NCBI GenBank assembly: GCA_002633005.1
Contig: NMRA01000251.1
Span: 473,649 to 537,648, forward strand
Direction: 5' to 3'
Length of the DNA stretch: 64,000 nt
Source: Phoronis australis
Taxonomy: Eukaryota; Animalia; Phoronida
Shown one piece after another: positions 25,423 to 39,862 of the stretch. The notes beneath the pieces were generated by a model that made no database searches, was not told the DNA's origin, and worked only from the letters and a program-made list of their open reading frames with translations. The translations under genes and the position numbers were made by a program. Numbering within the stretch: position 1 is the first letter of the stretch; the number at the start of each line of letters is the position of its first letter.

Positions 25423-26759
25423 TTAAAAGACATCTAATACTCTATTTCCTCAAAGTAACTAAGACTTGGCTTCTGTTACCAGGAAGACAATAAAAGCCCA
25501 CAAAAGGTCCAAAACACATTGGAAAATCGCCTTTTTGTAGGGGTCACCAAGACTCATGAGAAATATTTAGAACTTTACTTATAACTGGTTAGACACCAAT
25601 TTGGGGTAGCTTCAACATGTCAATGTTTTCAAACGGTGAATCTTTTCAGTTAAGAGATCAAACTTTGTTTTAAGAGACAGCAAAATGAGACGAGACGCAG
25701 CTTTAACTATGACAAAGTTCATCAATTTCGGACAAAAATAATTGGCAAATTTGTTTTGTTTACATTTTTCAAGGGCTTCTAACATGATGGTGAATGTTTA
25801 CAATTTTTCAAAACATTGTTTGATGGCAGCTACGGTAGAGCACTTGGACAAAGAAAAGCATTAATTTGGTGATAGAAGTATTCTTTCATGGAGAAAATGA
25901 GAAAATAAAAATTCCCATGTCCGCCATACTGTGTCCGTAGTTGGTGAAATTTTATTGAAACACATAGAAAGACTAAAATAAGTAGACCGTAGTTCCATGC
26001 TGTTAATAAAAATCTATACGTATACAACTGTTCATAGCTTTGAATGCTTTACCCTGAAGAGCAATATTGAGGATGCGTGTAACCCATCTCACGCCTGGCT
26101 AAAAGGTTTGATTAAATAATTGTACTTAGGCTTGCAATTTCAGTGTCAAGCAACACTACACGTTGAAATTACTGTCAGTCCATGCTCGGGTAAACCACCA
26201 CGTTTTCAAAAATTTCCTGTTAATTGCATTCTATATTGTTCAGCTTAAGGCCACAAATTCATTTTAGACTTCTCAACGTAAATTCCTGGAAGTTCAACGG
26301 AATGGATGGAATGGACGGGTTAGTAGTAGGAGTAGCTATCATTTTGAAATTTACGTTAACAAGTTCAAATATTTGTCACTGATAAGTTTGTCGTTAACTA
26401 AACAACGTCAATCAACAACAGACCATAAAATATTATGAACTTGTTAACTTAACACTACCATCTAGTTCCCTTAGTTCTCATATTTTATCTACCATTTACT
26501 GGTTGAAACAGTTTCTAATACAATGTTTACAGGAGAGGCACAAAGTTCGCAGGAGAGGCACAGAGTTCACACGACAGGCAAAGTGGCAGCATTATCACTA
26601 GCCTAAAAATGCCAGTGTTTTAATTTGTTGCCTCACAAGAATCGCCTTTAAGACATCTCAAAACATATTCAGTCTCTGCCATACATGAATTGATGAACAC
26701 GGCTATAGATATAAGCATGAAAGTTTTGAGACATCCAATTGAGGTATCAAAATACAGAA

Positions 26760-27822
26760 AATGAAAGTGCTCCGAGGAGCGACACTTGGCGAAATTAACC
26801 AAAAAAAACACATTAGAGATGACCCGAAAAGACGACGACAGAGATGATGACAAAGATGACTGATATGATGACGATGGTGACGATGATGGACAATGCAAGT
26901 TATGATATTATTCATATGACGAACGTAGATGTCAGAAATCACTAAGAGATAGGCTACAGTCTTGAGCGACACTTGGCGAAATTAACTGAAGAGAAGACGA
27001 CGTCGGAGATGGTGACCACGATGACAAATATGATGATGGTGGTGGAGATGATGAACATCATCGTAACATTCATATGACGAACTTAGATGTCATAAATCAT
27101 TAAGAAATAGGCTACAGTCTAGTTCAATAGAAGCTAAACCAACATCAATGCACTCAACAAAGGAACAGCGTTATCAGAAATCTCAAATGAAATAACTCGA
27201 AAAGTAGACGTCTTAGCAAAAAATGAAAAACATCTTCTGAAAGCCCTTTCAAAACTATATCTAAATTGATAGTATCACACAATTCCGTAATTTTTTCGAA
27301 AAAAATTAAATTTCGCGTTTTTTTAAAGAAATTCAAAGTCAAATATCTCGAAAATGGTAAGTCTGAGAAAAAAGTGTTACAGTTCATTTGAAAGGGTATA
27401 CCTTAGAGAATTCACATGCAAAAATTCAAAGGAATTGGCCCTATATTGCGCCCTCTACAGGAGAAAACGTTTTTTTCCCGAAATCGAGGTGCGCATGCGC
27501 GAATGCCAATATTTCCGCCATCTTTAACCGGAAGTAAACAATTTCCGGTACACATGTAGTGCACATCTGGTCCATTAATTGGGCAGAGTTTCAAATCTGT
27601 ACATAAAAAATTGTAGCCTCCAGAAGCCTTTGAATCTTAAAATGAAAACAAAATGGCCACCACAGCCGCCATCTTGGATCCTATTATGACGAAAAACAAT
27701 AGGCTTCCAGTACTTCCGCAACTACGTGTTATGTGTAAATTTCGTCATGATTGGACGAAAATTGCGACCTGTATCGTGGAAGAGCAACTTACTTGGCGAA
27801 ATTTAATTTCGCCAAGTAAAAA
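26760..27822 (-). mobile_element. Helentron-associated non-autonomous element (HINE, DINE-1/Pearl-like)
   Basis: The minus strand begins with a T-run and the palindrome tacttggcgaaatt/aatttcgccaagta (27790-27818). The same motif recurs at the other end beside a small GC stem-loop (gctc-cgag-gagc). There is an internal tandem duplication of about 187 bp. Confidence 0.7.
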
Positions 27823-27840
27823 TTAAGTCCAATACTCAAA

Positions 27841-28098
27841 TACCGGAATTAGCTTACTTGAGTTAGTGACGTTGCATCCATCTCTCACGGACTTCAGTTT
27901 GGCTAGTGGTGTTGCTGTCGTTGTGGTCAATAGGTGATATTTAACCAGACGACACCGCATCGAAGTCATAGGGCAGTGTCCTGACCTAGATACCGCAACG
28001 TTGAAACACCACCTATTGACCAGAACAATACTAACACCACTAGCCAGTCCGTGAAAGACAGACGTAACATCGCTAACTCAAGTAAGCAAATTCCAGTA
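27841..28098. mobile_element. About 260 bp almost fully palindromic MITE
   Basis: Arms of about 105 bp: taccggaattagcttacttgagttag...ggtcaataggtg pairs with cacctattgacc...ctaactcaagtaagcaaattccagta. TA at both ends. Confidence 0.8.
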
Positions 28099-28949
28099 TA
28101 TGCCTTAAGTTTTTTCTGTATGGTGATACATAAACGTATGACCTAAGAGTGCGTGTCTTTTGAGGTAAGCGATCTGGATACATAATTGCTCACGATAACA
28201 AGATAACAACGTCAGTTTCCGAGTATTTCTAACTCCTGGCAAGGGTGACACTTGTAACCTTTCATATGATAGGTATTGCTAGAGAAAACACTCGCCTTTT
28301 AGCCAGTTTATGAATGGGAGAGAGGGTACAACCGTTTGCCTCAGTCCAAAGTAGACAATTGTCAGTGAAGTTTTGCTTGCAGATTAACTACCGGTGTTAA
28401 CCTTTCCCACTTACCAAAACTTGGGTAAAAGTGAAGTTTCACCTCTAATGACAAAGCGACTTAAGTCAAGGTTTTAATGGTACACCAATTAACTATCAGT
28501 ATGCTTTAGAGACTGTTTAGAGTGTAATCAAGGTGATTACCTAACTAGCACGCAATTACAACAGAATAATGGAGTTTTACGTAATCAGTGGAAAGGAGGC
28601 GAAAAAACCTTTGACAATGAGATTCCTGTTGGAGTAATTATACACATATACAGAGGTCGGATGTTTACTTTCAACTTCAAAAATTTGTCAACAAGATAAG
28701 AAAATGTGAATTCATCACAAGTACATCTTGTGTAACAGCCGTAAAAATGGAAATTTGTAATATTTTGATTATTTGCCGCAAAGATAGTTAGCTTTTCAAA
28801 AATGAAAGATGAGAAAAGTATAAATTTTGTGCAAATTTTCTGAAAGAATACCGTATTTAACACAGCAAGGGTTCAATTTGTGATACTAAGGTGGGGGCTT
28901 TTTACAAACCCCTCTTTAACAGTAACAATGTCATGCAATTTTGACTTAA

Positions 28950-29335
28950 AGGTGTATTTGCATGCTCCTAACTATGCTAATGTATAACAATGCTATTTGA
29001 ACATCATCTATGCTAAACAAAGTGCAATTGTATTCAATGACAACTTGTACATGTGAAAACAACAAATTCTGCAAATAAGTGACCCTCGCACTAATGACAT
29101 ACCTTGAGGGCTCACATAACCCGCATCATGCAGTGTTATTCCCCAACACCATGTCACGATACTTACCGGACACGGCTGAGTAATTTACGGCGGATCACAT
29201 TCCATGTAAAACTCGTTTTTAAAACTTTTAACAATTTTCAACCTACTTCATACTCATATCGTTGCTATATGCTGAGTTTCTAACTAATTTGACCAAGCAA
29301 TCACAGAGATAAGGAATTAGCGTGCAAGTTCCACA
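28950..29335 (-). mobile_element. TTAA-flanked MITE family A, inverted full copy
   Basis: Reverse complement of the family A sequence, with TTAA on both sides. Confidence 0.75.
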
Positions 29336-29784
29336 TTAAGTGTCATAAAAAGTTGGATCATGTATCCATTACATAAAAATTTAAATTCAACAGAAAAAGG
29401 TTTTCTTGAACTAATATTAATTTCTCACTGGACCCATGATTTCTATTTGCCAGTTAGTGGCATTAAAAGCACTTTTCAAGGCAAGCAGCAAGTTGTGCAC
29501 TAATTTTGAACAAAAATATTTGCCTAAATTGTCCGTTTTCAATTTTCAAGGGATTCTGACACTATAGTGAGTGGCTTCAATTTTTCGAAATGTTGTTTGC
29601 TGGTAGCTCCACCTCAAGTCCGTAATACTCCTCTCTTACTCCTCTCTTGGTGGCTAAATGTGAAATTTTACTGTATTTAGGTACTGGGCATGAAAGACGA
29701 AGCATTGCATTCTTTAACCTGAAGGAATCAATGATCAAGCATGACTATAACTGTTCTCATGAGAAACAGAAGCCAACCACTTAC

Positions 29785-29916
29785 CTTCACACTTCAACCC
29801 CTGTCTAACCAACCCCCACAGCATTTCGCCACAGAAGTCACAGAAGTGCGGAGACTTGTATGAGTGTACAAACAGCACATGAGGTCGTATCTGTAACTCC
29901 TCGATGGACGTGTTGG
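29785..29916 (-). CDS. PRKD: Protein kinase D coding exon, first part of C1a ([44 protein letters not shown])
   Basis: 132 nt. cctttctag acceptor, gtaagt donor, phase 1/1. Canonical PKD C1a sequence. Confidence 0.97.
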
Positions 29917-30883
29917 CTAGAAAGGAACAAGTTTTTTGAATACTAGCGAAATATGTCATACAAAAATTGTGACCATTACATGACGCATACCAACCGACAT
30001 CGGTGTGTATGTATAAGGAAACACACACATACAAGTCACACAATATACAAGTTTGCTACTAAATCCAGATTAGTAATATTTAAGCAAAAAAACAGTTGAA
30101 AGATGGCAGAACCCAAGCTCAAAACACATTTGCAGAGAGCCAGTGAAAATATAAGTCAGTGGAACAAGCATACAAACTTACCCAGACTGCACCACATGTT
30201 GGCATATTGCTTGTGATAGAACTTCACATACACAAGAAAACGCGAGAATGAGGATATTTTTTACAACCTTACACTTCAGTTTGAATAATGACTGACTGAC
30301 CAATCAACTTTCGAATTTGCCATTAAACAAATTACTACCAGTATTCATTTAATGAAACAACAACTGAATGTGGAAACAGTGCCATTGTTCAATATGATAC
30401 AGAGGTCAACGAAGTTAACATACAAACCACCATGCATGACATGTATTAGTTTCAAACAACATGATTTAAAAATGTGAAATAAACAGAAAAAAACGATAGA
30501 CAGAGAAATTGGGAAATAACGTGAATTTCAAACAGTCTGCACGATTTTACAAACAAAAGGACTTGCTTCAGTAGACCCAGGAGGTCACAAAGTAAGTCAG
30601 CTGTATGATAGTAACAACAATATTAGGACAATGGAGCCATAGGCACATTTCACAGTAAATACGCGCCCCTGTGTTAAACAAACCTAAACCAGAAGCTTTC
30701 ACCTCCAATTGGCCTCTGTACAAAATACTTAAAAACAAAAAAATTGTGATAGCTTAGTTTTAAGGGTATATTTTTCCTATCAGGAATTGCCCTCATAGAA
30801 TCAAATGGATGGGATCATTGCCACTGGAAACTCTGCGTAACTACCAAAGACACGCTAATATCCTACAAGAGAAGACATCTTAC

Positions 30884-31022
30884 CTGACAAGACGACCTCA
30901 ATGAGGACACCTTCAGTCACTTCGCTAGCGTTGGTGACCAGTTTAAGTAGTTCAGCCTCGGCACCGTCATGACGGAATAGTAAGATCTTATCGCTCAGGC
31001 CATAGAAGTTATGCTCCGGAAA
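30884..31022 (-). CDS. PRKD: Protein kinase D coding exon, ubiquitin-like domain second half ([46 protein letters not shown])
   Basis: 139 nt. cctttctag acceptor, gtaaga donor, phase 0/1. Contains the [14 protein letters not shown] and IEVVLS signatures of the PKD N-terminus. Confidence 0.96.
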
Positions 31023-31619
31023 CTAGAAAGGAAATGAACACGTGAACAAAATGGTGTTAGACAGGACATCATATTAAACACTGCAGTTCTGCTAACCATA
31101 AACACACCGTAGTCCTGTAAAATGACAGATTTGTAGAAATTTGTATGAGGGCCGGTCAAATATCTTATCTAAGAACAAGGCATACTTCATTGTGATCATG
31201 CCATTCCTATGGTAAGTAGACATCTAGACACAATCAAAATTTAACTCTATGATTTTCTTTTTCTTTTCTCCTCTTCACATTGTTGAAACAAGTCCGCAGG
31301 ACACCGTTAATTAACTACTGTACAAATCACATGTATGGATTGAAAATACCACAAAAAGTTCAAAACTGCAGAGATGAACACACATTTCATTAATTAAAAA
31401 CAACTGCATTCTTCGTGTCTATAGAGAACCATGTATAAGCCATTACAAAGACCTAAAGTAATAGTGCCAACCTGGCTGTTTTTAATACATTTACAAAGGC
31501 ACACTCTCAGACTTCCACCAACTTTCTACGGTAATTTTGCACTTATTAAAACTCACCACATTTACCACATCCAAAATAACCTGTAAAAATATTAGTTTGT
31601 CCCTCATGTATTTTGCACA

Positions 31620-32128
31620 TTAAAGGGCCGGTCATACTAACGTCAACACGTCGATGGTTTGGGGAGTTGCGGTCAGTATGAATGCTTAACTCCAGTCCTG
31701 GATCAAAGTAAACAGCTCCAGTTAACATCGCTGTTAACAGGTGGATTTAACAGCGCAGCAACAATGCTGCAGTGCAGTATGAACGGTTAACTTTGGTCCA
31801 ATCGAAGTTATCGCCAGGTGTCACTGTTATTGTCAACAGTTACAGGGTAGTGCCACCACTAATAGCTGCTTATATTTTGCTCTAATAATAACCAATCGAT
31901 TTAAAAATAACTTCAATGTCAGTCAGCACATGTAAATGTTCCCAAATTGTCACATTGAAAAAAATCCTAGCGTGCAGCGCTACCTTGCGATAACTTTGAT
32001 GACGACAGCGTCACCTACTGTTTACTTCGATGTACATTAACTACCGGAGCCAATAAGAATGGTCCAGTTAACTTCGCTGTTTACGTCAACGCTCAGACCG
32101 AAGTTAAGTCAATATGAAAGGGCTTTAA
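31620..32128. mobile_element. Degenerate MITE, possibly PIF/Harbinger-like
   Basis: ttaaagggccggtcatactaac and gtcaatatgaaagggctttaa form imperfect TIRs. Internal gttaac repeats. Confidence 0.45.
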
Positions 32129-32233
32129 GGCTACTTTGTGAGAATTTCATTCCTCACCAAATTCACACAGCACAAATTTGAAAATATCAAGGCAAAGCCT
32201 GGTCATTAATTCTAGCAATACGTACCTCTTTAA

Positions 32234-33476
32234 GGTTACTTATTTCAAACCCTTCAAAACCTTTGTTCTAATCCCTATACCAAAAACAGGCTATGTCAAC
32301 TAGTAAAAGTATTCTAAAAGAAAAAAGATCAGTGATGATGATAATATGTTTAATATTTATGTGTCATTATTATTAATTCGTAATCACCTCTTAAGTCAAA
32401 ATTTCATTTTTAAGAAAGGTACATTCACAGCAAAATAACCTCTTGGTTGATTTTAATGAAACCCTTTTTAAATGAAAATTTCAGAATTTATCTCGAAAAC
32501 GTTGTTAGGGATTAGGCGTTTAAAAGGAAAATCCAAACAGCGTTTTTGAGATTCATGAATGAATATTAAAATTGGAAAGTTTCAGTAAAATTCACCAAGG
32601 CGCTTTCAAGACCTCGTGTTCCTAAGTTCAAATTAAGTCAATTTGCTGAAGTTGCGAAAAGCAGAAAACATTGCTTGTCTTCAAAATCAGGCACTTATCA
32701 CTTAATTATTCAAAGAAAACTTGTTTTTGGTCAATGTAACCTAACCATGTTCGCTACTTCAACATTCACTCACAATGTCAACAGATTTTGCAGTGCGTAA
32801 TTAACTTAAGTATCACTAAAATGATTTAACTTTGTGAACATATCTGGAGTATAACTAAGACAAAGGTGGGGACAGGTAAGTTGTGATACACACCACACAC
32901 CGAGAGTCTGATATCAAGAAACCTAGTAAGACATGGACAACAGAAATCGAGTCTGTGGTTAAAGCACGCTGTGAGCACGAGATCAAACAGCGAAATATCA
33001 AATTACCGATTAAATTAATGAATTTGTGTGAGGGTTTATCTTTTTTCACAACTCGCTGTGTTAGTGAACACTAAGTCACTGAGGAAGGGCGGCGACTCGG
33101 TACACTCGCTCTCAACAGCTGTATCCATGCAGACGAAAACTCCCTCAGGATCAAAACTATGTTTTGTATTAGTTTTTCGCGGCATCTTTCTATGCTATGT
33201 ACACATCACTGACAAAATATTATGGCGACTCACTGAATGAAAGAACTGATACAGAGCTGCTCTGTGCCTGACAGGAGACTCGATTTGAGTGACAGCCCTG
33301 TAACCTTTGAACTTCGATAAGCACTTAACAAATTTCCTAGCGGTTGAAGGTGGTTCTGTGAATCTTTTTTCTCGATATACAGTATGCATTTTGAGAATGA
33401 AGATAAGGTCTGTTGCTAGATATATTTGAAATAATGTAAAAGCTGCTAATTTTTATGAAAAATGTTCAAAATAACC
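32234..33476 (-). mobile_element. Family B element, diverged inverted copy
   Basis: Reverse-complement similarity to 24095-25422 across its length. The ORF-track peptides RVYLFSQLAV and SIYLFSQLAV reflect this homology. Confidence 0.7.
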
Positions 33477-33587
33477 TGAACAATGCTGGACGACCTTTAC
33501 TATCCGTTTAGTTACCGTTTAGTTATATGATTAAACAATGAACTCAGGTATGATACGCACTTGTATAGTATCAAGTACCTAAATCAC

Positions 33588-35011
33588 AGGCGAGGAACAA
33601 CATGACCGCCAGTCCTCCAAATCTGACTCACCACAAAACAGTACCTACGGGGATCAAATGGGACCGCCGCACCAGAAAATGGACCAACGCACCTAACAAC
33701 ATGACCACCCACCAAAAAAACAGGACCGCCAGGGACTGAAACCACAATAACAAACAGGCTAAGTTTTATTGCCAGTCAATTACTGTAGGCCTACACAGAT
33801 CATACAATGGGTCTTTATACATATGCATATGCAGGTCGTATGATGATTAAACCACCAAAATCTTTGGTGCGGAACAGGACACTTCGCTTTGTAAAACGCG
33901 GCGCTTTTGAGTTTTATTTCGCCAGGCTCTGCTGCGGTATGCGACTTAACAACTGAACGAAGGTCAACATTTAAAATTAATAAATCTAACCACAAATAAA
34001 CCACATTGCACGCTTTTGAGCTAAATAATTATAATTTTATCTACTACTTAAGTTTTAGAATAAAATGAAATTCATTTTCTCCAATTTGACGTTTTAGTCA
34101 AGTAAAACAAAAACGGACATTCTGGCTCTCGCGTGAAGCATCATCATTACTAGCCCTTGTGTAAAAAACTGATCAAGTAAAATCTTCACAGAATTAGATA
34201 AGTGTAATTAAAGACACTCTTCCTTGAGTAACTAAATTATTATCGGCGCTCGGGAAAAATTGTCGTTATTCTGCTGCTAAAATTGTGATGTGTTCCATTA
34301 GGTCGGCTTTCAATGGCTAGTTTCTTTTTTCCCTGATTCTTCAATCAGCTATTCTTCTCTTTTACGAGGTTGCATACATGGCACAACAAATTATCGAAAC
34401 AGGTTTTTTAGTTATTAGATTTTAGTATTTAATACGAGCAGACCGAATTTGAGAACAAATCATGCTGCGGCGGAGTTGTCATCATCTTACGAAAGATGTC
34501 GCAAAATCTTAGGAAATGGCGCGCTTCTTTGTTACAATTGGCAAAGAATTATGAAAGGAAATGATATTCATTAAATTGTTGTTCACTCAAATGGCCGCAA
34601 CCTGCAAGGTGAGTGCTAATTTACTCCTAGATTTTGCATGCGCCTACATGTTGATATAAGTTTTACGACAAGGCAACGAGCAGAACTACCCGGGCTGTGG
34701 AAAATTTCGGGGTCTAACTACTCTAACAGAGCTCAACACGGAGTGCTACCAAGCTGTATTTTGACGACAGTCTTTACACAGCTAGCTGATCAGTTACGTC
34801 ATAACCCGCAGTATCACACAAAGGCATTGATAACTACATTTTGTCTGGCGGTCATGTTCAGTCTCCGGCAGTCCTGTTTGTGGTGGGGCGGTCATGTTTT
34901 TAGGTGCGTCAGTCTCATTTTTTGGTGCGGCGGTCCCATTTGATCCCCGTAGGTCCTGTTTAGGGTGAGTCGGTCCGATTTGGAGGACTGGTTGTCATGT
35001 TTTTCTCACCC
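33588..35011. mobile_element. 1.4 kb non-autonomous DNA transposon with about 170 bp terminal inverted repeats
   Basis: acctacggggatcaaatgggaccgccgcacca (about 33644) is the exact reverse complement of tggtgcggcggtcccatttgatccccgtaggt (about 34923). Similarity extends on both sides. No transposase ORF seen. Confidence 0.85.
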
Positions 35012-38000
35012 ATATAAATAATAGCTCCCAGTTATAATAACAGTTGTCAACTTAATACAAGCCTGGAGATAATGACTTTGTTAACCCACACCATGAACCA
35101 TCAGCCAGCAACGAACATCCATATTATTCATAGCATTACATGACAACACCTGCGACCAACAAGCTACAGAAAAACAAATCCCCACAGTTTCATGCAAACT
35201 CAAGGTTTCTATCCGTGTGAGGATGGTCTCTAGACACCACAAATCCCGGTATTTTTCACAATTTTGTCATTGATGTGGGAAGGTTTTTTGGCAATTTTAC
35301 AAATGAAATGGGTAATCATCTTAAAATTTGGTTACTGATTTTTGGGTCATTTTTTCAAACTAAGCTATCTGTATCTAACTAACACAGATCTTACTCTCGA
35401 CTTATGGAGCATACTTTATCCAAAATCTCCACACAACCATCAACCAGAATACAGCTAGGCACTGAAATGGGGATATAATTTGATCAAACTAAAAATATCA
35501 ATAAGTAACTTCAGTTCCAAAAAGTTGAAAATACAAAAAGATTTGGTTTAGACCACTTACTAAACTCGCACTAGACGTTCAATGCATTAGCCAAACAGGC
35601 TAAAATTCTTCAGATATTACCGGGTATTAGCCAAACATTATGCTGTTTACCAATACCCCTTGAATGATAAAATGCGATGTTGCAGTGATCACATCTTTTG
35701 TTATAACACGCCAATGGTTTTTTTACAAGAACACGTAGCAGCGAGTCTGTTATCTTCAGCTGGAATGAGAGTACAAAACCAGGCAATTCTCCTTGTGGTA
35801 AACAAAAGTTGTTTTCGTAGCAAAAAACAATGACGTTCATGCACCACAGGCGGATCTCGGATGTTGCAATTACACTTATTAACAGAAATGTCGGCATCGT
35901 TTTTTCCCGCCATTTGTGGAAGGGTAGGCGTAACTACCTATAGCTGCCTATGTCTAGAAAGGCCAATTTACTGAGCCTCAATACCAAGAATGATTAGCCT
36001 GTTCTTCCCCACAACTAAAAAGTAATTCAGCCTGTCCAAAGAACAAATTGCATCAACGTTACTGTTGCACAAGAGGTCCCATTCAAAACTTGGTTGGTAC
36101 CATAACAGGGCATAACTTTGCAATGTATGCCTGAAAATGAATTTGCAATTAAATAAAAAAATCCTGTCGCCACTGGTGATTACAGAGCATGGCTTCATAA
36201 TTTTTTGAACGAATTATGAATTGATGTGATGTTAGCAGACAATAAAGTCAGGATGAATATCTTCTCAACAATATACAGAGCATGTGTAAGCCAAGGTTTA
36301 ACCAGTAGACTCAATGGCATGAGCATGGTATAAAATTTCAAAAGGTAGTTTTTATTTTCATAATTATGCAACCGCAGGCACCAACTACACTAACCACGGC
36401 ATTTTCAAATAAGGTTAGCACTTAAAGTTATAGATTCGTACCCCTGGAATTGGCAGCATTTTCTTGTGTCTAGGTCACTATGGGTGTCCAAAGACTCTTT
36501 GGAAAAGTCCACAAGCTATACCCAGCTTGATGCTTTAAAATAAAGGTGCTTTTAGCAGCTTGCAACCATTGCAGATTATTACTTAAAGTTTATTTGAGTT
36601 CGGACATAAATAACCAGGGCGCTTGGCAGAATGCAACTTGGTGTTGATTGGTCGATGTCTAAGTTTTGCATAATGATGCCTGAAATTCAGTTTTCTGGTG
36701 AATAATTAGCATTAAAATACAGACGAGTACTGAATAATATGACTTATTTTTGATTCGGTATCACAAGTATTGCATAATGATATAACTGCCACAGCAATAC
36801 TAGCGAGGTCTATGAGCCACTCGCGTAACAGCTTGTGTTTTCTGGTATCATGCTGAACTGTGCATATACTTAGATAGCTGTGTAGCCAATCTCATAATTA
36901 TTTTAGCTTGCCTCAATTTTTTTGGCAGCCAGTTAAAAGTTGTCAGCAATCCATCTCAACGCATGCAGACACAGGAACTAAGAACACAAGACTTCACTGT
37001 GAGGCAAGAATTTACCGTGTTGTCAAGAGCAGTTACCCTAGAAGCAGCACAGTTTTAATCACGTTGCCTGGTTACGAAATCACACTTTCCAAAGGAATAT
37101 TGTCAACAAATGGAACATTCATAGGCCGACTGGACACCATTGTTAAGTTGTGCGAAAAAATATTGATGCCATTCAGCAGTCAAAACACAAATATGTTACT
37201 GAAATTAAATTTTTATTGAAGAGCTATGAAGTGTTCGCCAAATTCGCAAATTGGCTTTGCTTTATCTTTGCCAATTCGACCCAGAATTCGCCAACGGGAG
37301 GAGATAGCGTGAGCCTCCACTGGTCCCAACTTGTTCTCTGGGCTTTGTAAGAACAAACACTACATTATTATACAAGATTATGCTCACTCTGTAAGAACAA
37401 ACAACTAAATTATTGTACGAGATCATGCTCAGTCTGCAGGAGACCATGCTCAGTGCACAAAATGACCGAGGCGACCACGCAAATTTTTAAGATGATGGAT
37501 TAAGTCAACATGGGACTTTCAAATCTTTCCAAACCCTGAAATCAGATGCAATCTGAGTAATGGGCAAGTTAGAACTAATTATATATGGGGCGTAAATGGC
37601 CTATATCAGAAAATACTATGATGGATGGATAGTTTACATGTGCTTAAACAAATGTGGTGAATATTAAAGGTATAGTTAAAATCTTCCAACTATGGCAAAC
37701 TACAGTAAAAATGTCAGAGTAAATAAATGCTTTTTCTTAAATAGCATGTCTGCATAAGTCTGCTTTAAGTTTCTTTATGGTGCTCTGTTAATAACTAGAG
37801 GGGTCATAATTACGTGATTTATTCTGCCATGGCCAACAATAAATGTTAAATTCATTAGTAAAATGTGAAAATAAATTTTGACTTTCGCTCCTTGAAGGAT
37901 TAAAAATGCTACAAGGTACAAATCAATTGCTTCAGTAAGCCAAGTAAAACGTTTTCTACAAAACAAGGACACAATGCAGACTAGACACGCCACATCACAT

Positions 38001-39735
38001 GATTAAATGTTTGCCTTGAGGTAAATATAAGCCTTTGTAGTCTTTTCACCAATACAATATTCACACATAGATTAAAATTACATCTTTACTTTTCATTGTA
38101 AGTTGCAACCCAAAACATGTGTTATAACCCGTTATTAATGCGTCAAACATGCAAACTGTTTAAGACGACTTTGATCGATTTCAAGGCAAAACTGTATCCG
38201 GTCATTCTCAGGCCTTTTGATTTTCTGTGCACTTATTTAGGTTTGAGTATCGATTTCTCTTTGATGTATCGGTCAATTCTCAAGAAATTGTGCACACTTA
38301 CTTAATGGTCTTAGATTTTTTTCAACGGAGATATCAGCCACCAAATAGCGAGAATTTAGACATTGTTAAAAAAGATTTTGATGGCTGATTATCTCTGTTG
38401 TTTAAGGGAAAATCAAAAAATCAATCTGAGAAACTACTTACTGGCATCTTGAGTCACCAAAGATAATAAAAAGTTACAAACTATTTAAGTACCCCATCCT
38501 TTTCTGATCATTTGTAAAAGGGATACAAGAGAGAAAAGTAGAAGTGTCACTTCTTTGATTCTATTGTGGTGAGACAACTTAAAGCGGCACTTCACCTTCT
38601 TGGCTTGCTGAAAATAAACCAGGCCATTTCTTCTGATGAAATAGGTCTCATAATATTTACCCTGATAAAATTCTCTTTCTGTTACCAACTGAATTCTCAG
38701 GCAATGGGTACATGTGCCATTTTCGACCTGCAAAGTGTTTTCTTGAGTCGCCAATGATTTCAATAAGATTCTATTCCTAATACCCATTCAATTCATAGCC
38801 AATGCGTTTATGCGCCTTTTTCCAACTCGAAAGCATTTTCTCAAGTCACTGATGGTTTCAATGTTGTTATTCATAATAGAAATAAAATCCTTTATGACAG
38901 CAAAAGTCCTAATTTGATTTTACTTTTTACCTAGCTAAACATGTTGAAGTATTCATTAAGGAAGTAAACGTGGGGAAGAAATACAAGACCAAATTGAGAT
39001 ACTCTGGAGTTTTGTAGCACTAGAATGCAGCATACAGCTTCAACGCAACAGTGACTCACAGCTGAGTACAGTAATTCTAGACCTGTTTAGCACTCAATAT
39101 GAAGGAAAGTGAACTTTTGATTTCTCAACATTCTCAACAAAAGTAAACAAAAAGTTGCTCCTTTTCAGCCCGGTTAGAACAGTAGAGACTATATTACAAC
39201 CAACTCTACCCCTAGGAAAAGATTACGGTATATGCAGTAAGGTAGTTAAACCTCGCAAAGTAGAAAATGACAAATTTGGCAGTTTTTGTCCCATATTACA
39301 GAAGCCAGTACTGAAGTAAGTATTGTGAGCCAAATTGATACAGTAGTGGTTCTTCAATTTAGAACACAGCACAGAAGAACTGTGAAAAATCATTTATCAA
39401 AATTTTCGTTAAAAGTGGAGGGAAAAATAATTTTGGCAATTATATTTGTTCGAATTTTCGAACACTCTAGCGTAAATGTGAAAACCAGACACTTATGTAA
39501 CAGTTACAAAGTGTGGGCTATTGGTACCATTGTTCACAGTCTATAGCAGAAATTGCACACTTTACGCAATTTTATAAACAGACTTGATGCCATATGAAAT
39601 GAAAGTTTCCACCAAAATTATACAAAGCAGAAATAATCATTCAATTGTTGTAGCTTTTAAATCAGCTTGCACTGCAACTGTTCCTGCCATTTTGGACAAG
39701 TCAATATTTCTCGCCAGTAGTCATTCAAGGGCAGT

Positions 39736-39862
39736 CCCATGTATCTATCGTAATCCAAATGACACGAGATAGGCCATCTTGTGGATATCCCAATCCCATG
39801 TATCTATGGTAATCCAAATGACACGAGATAGGCCATCTTGTGGATATCCCAATCACATGTAT
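39736..39862. repeat. Tandem duplication of about 59 bp
   Basis: cccatgtatctat(c/g)gtaatccaaatgacacgagataggccatcttgtggatatcccaat occurs twice. Confidence 0.9.
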
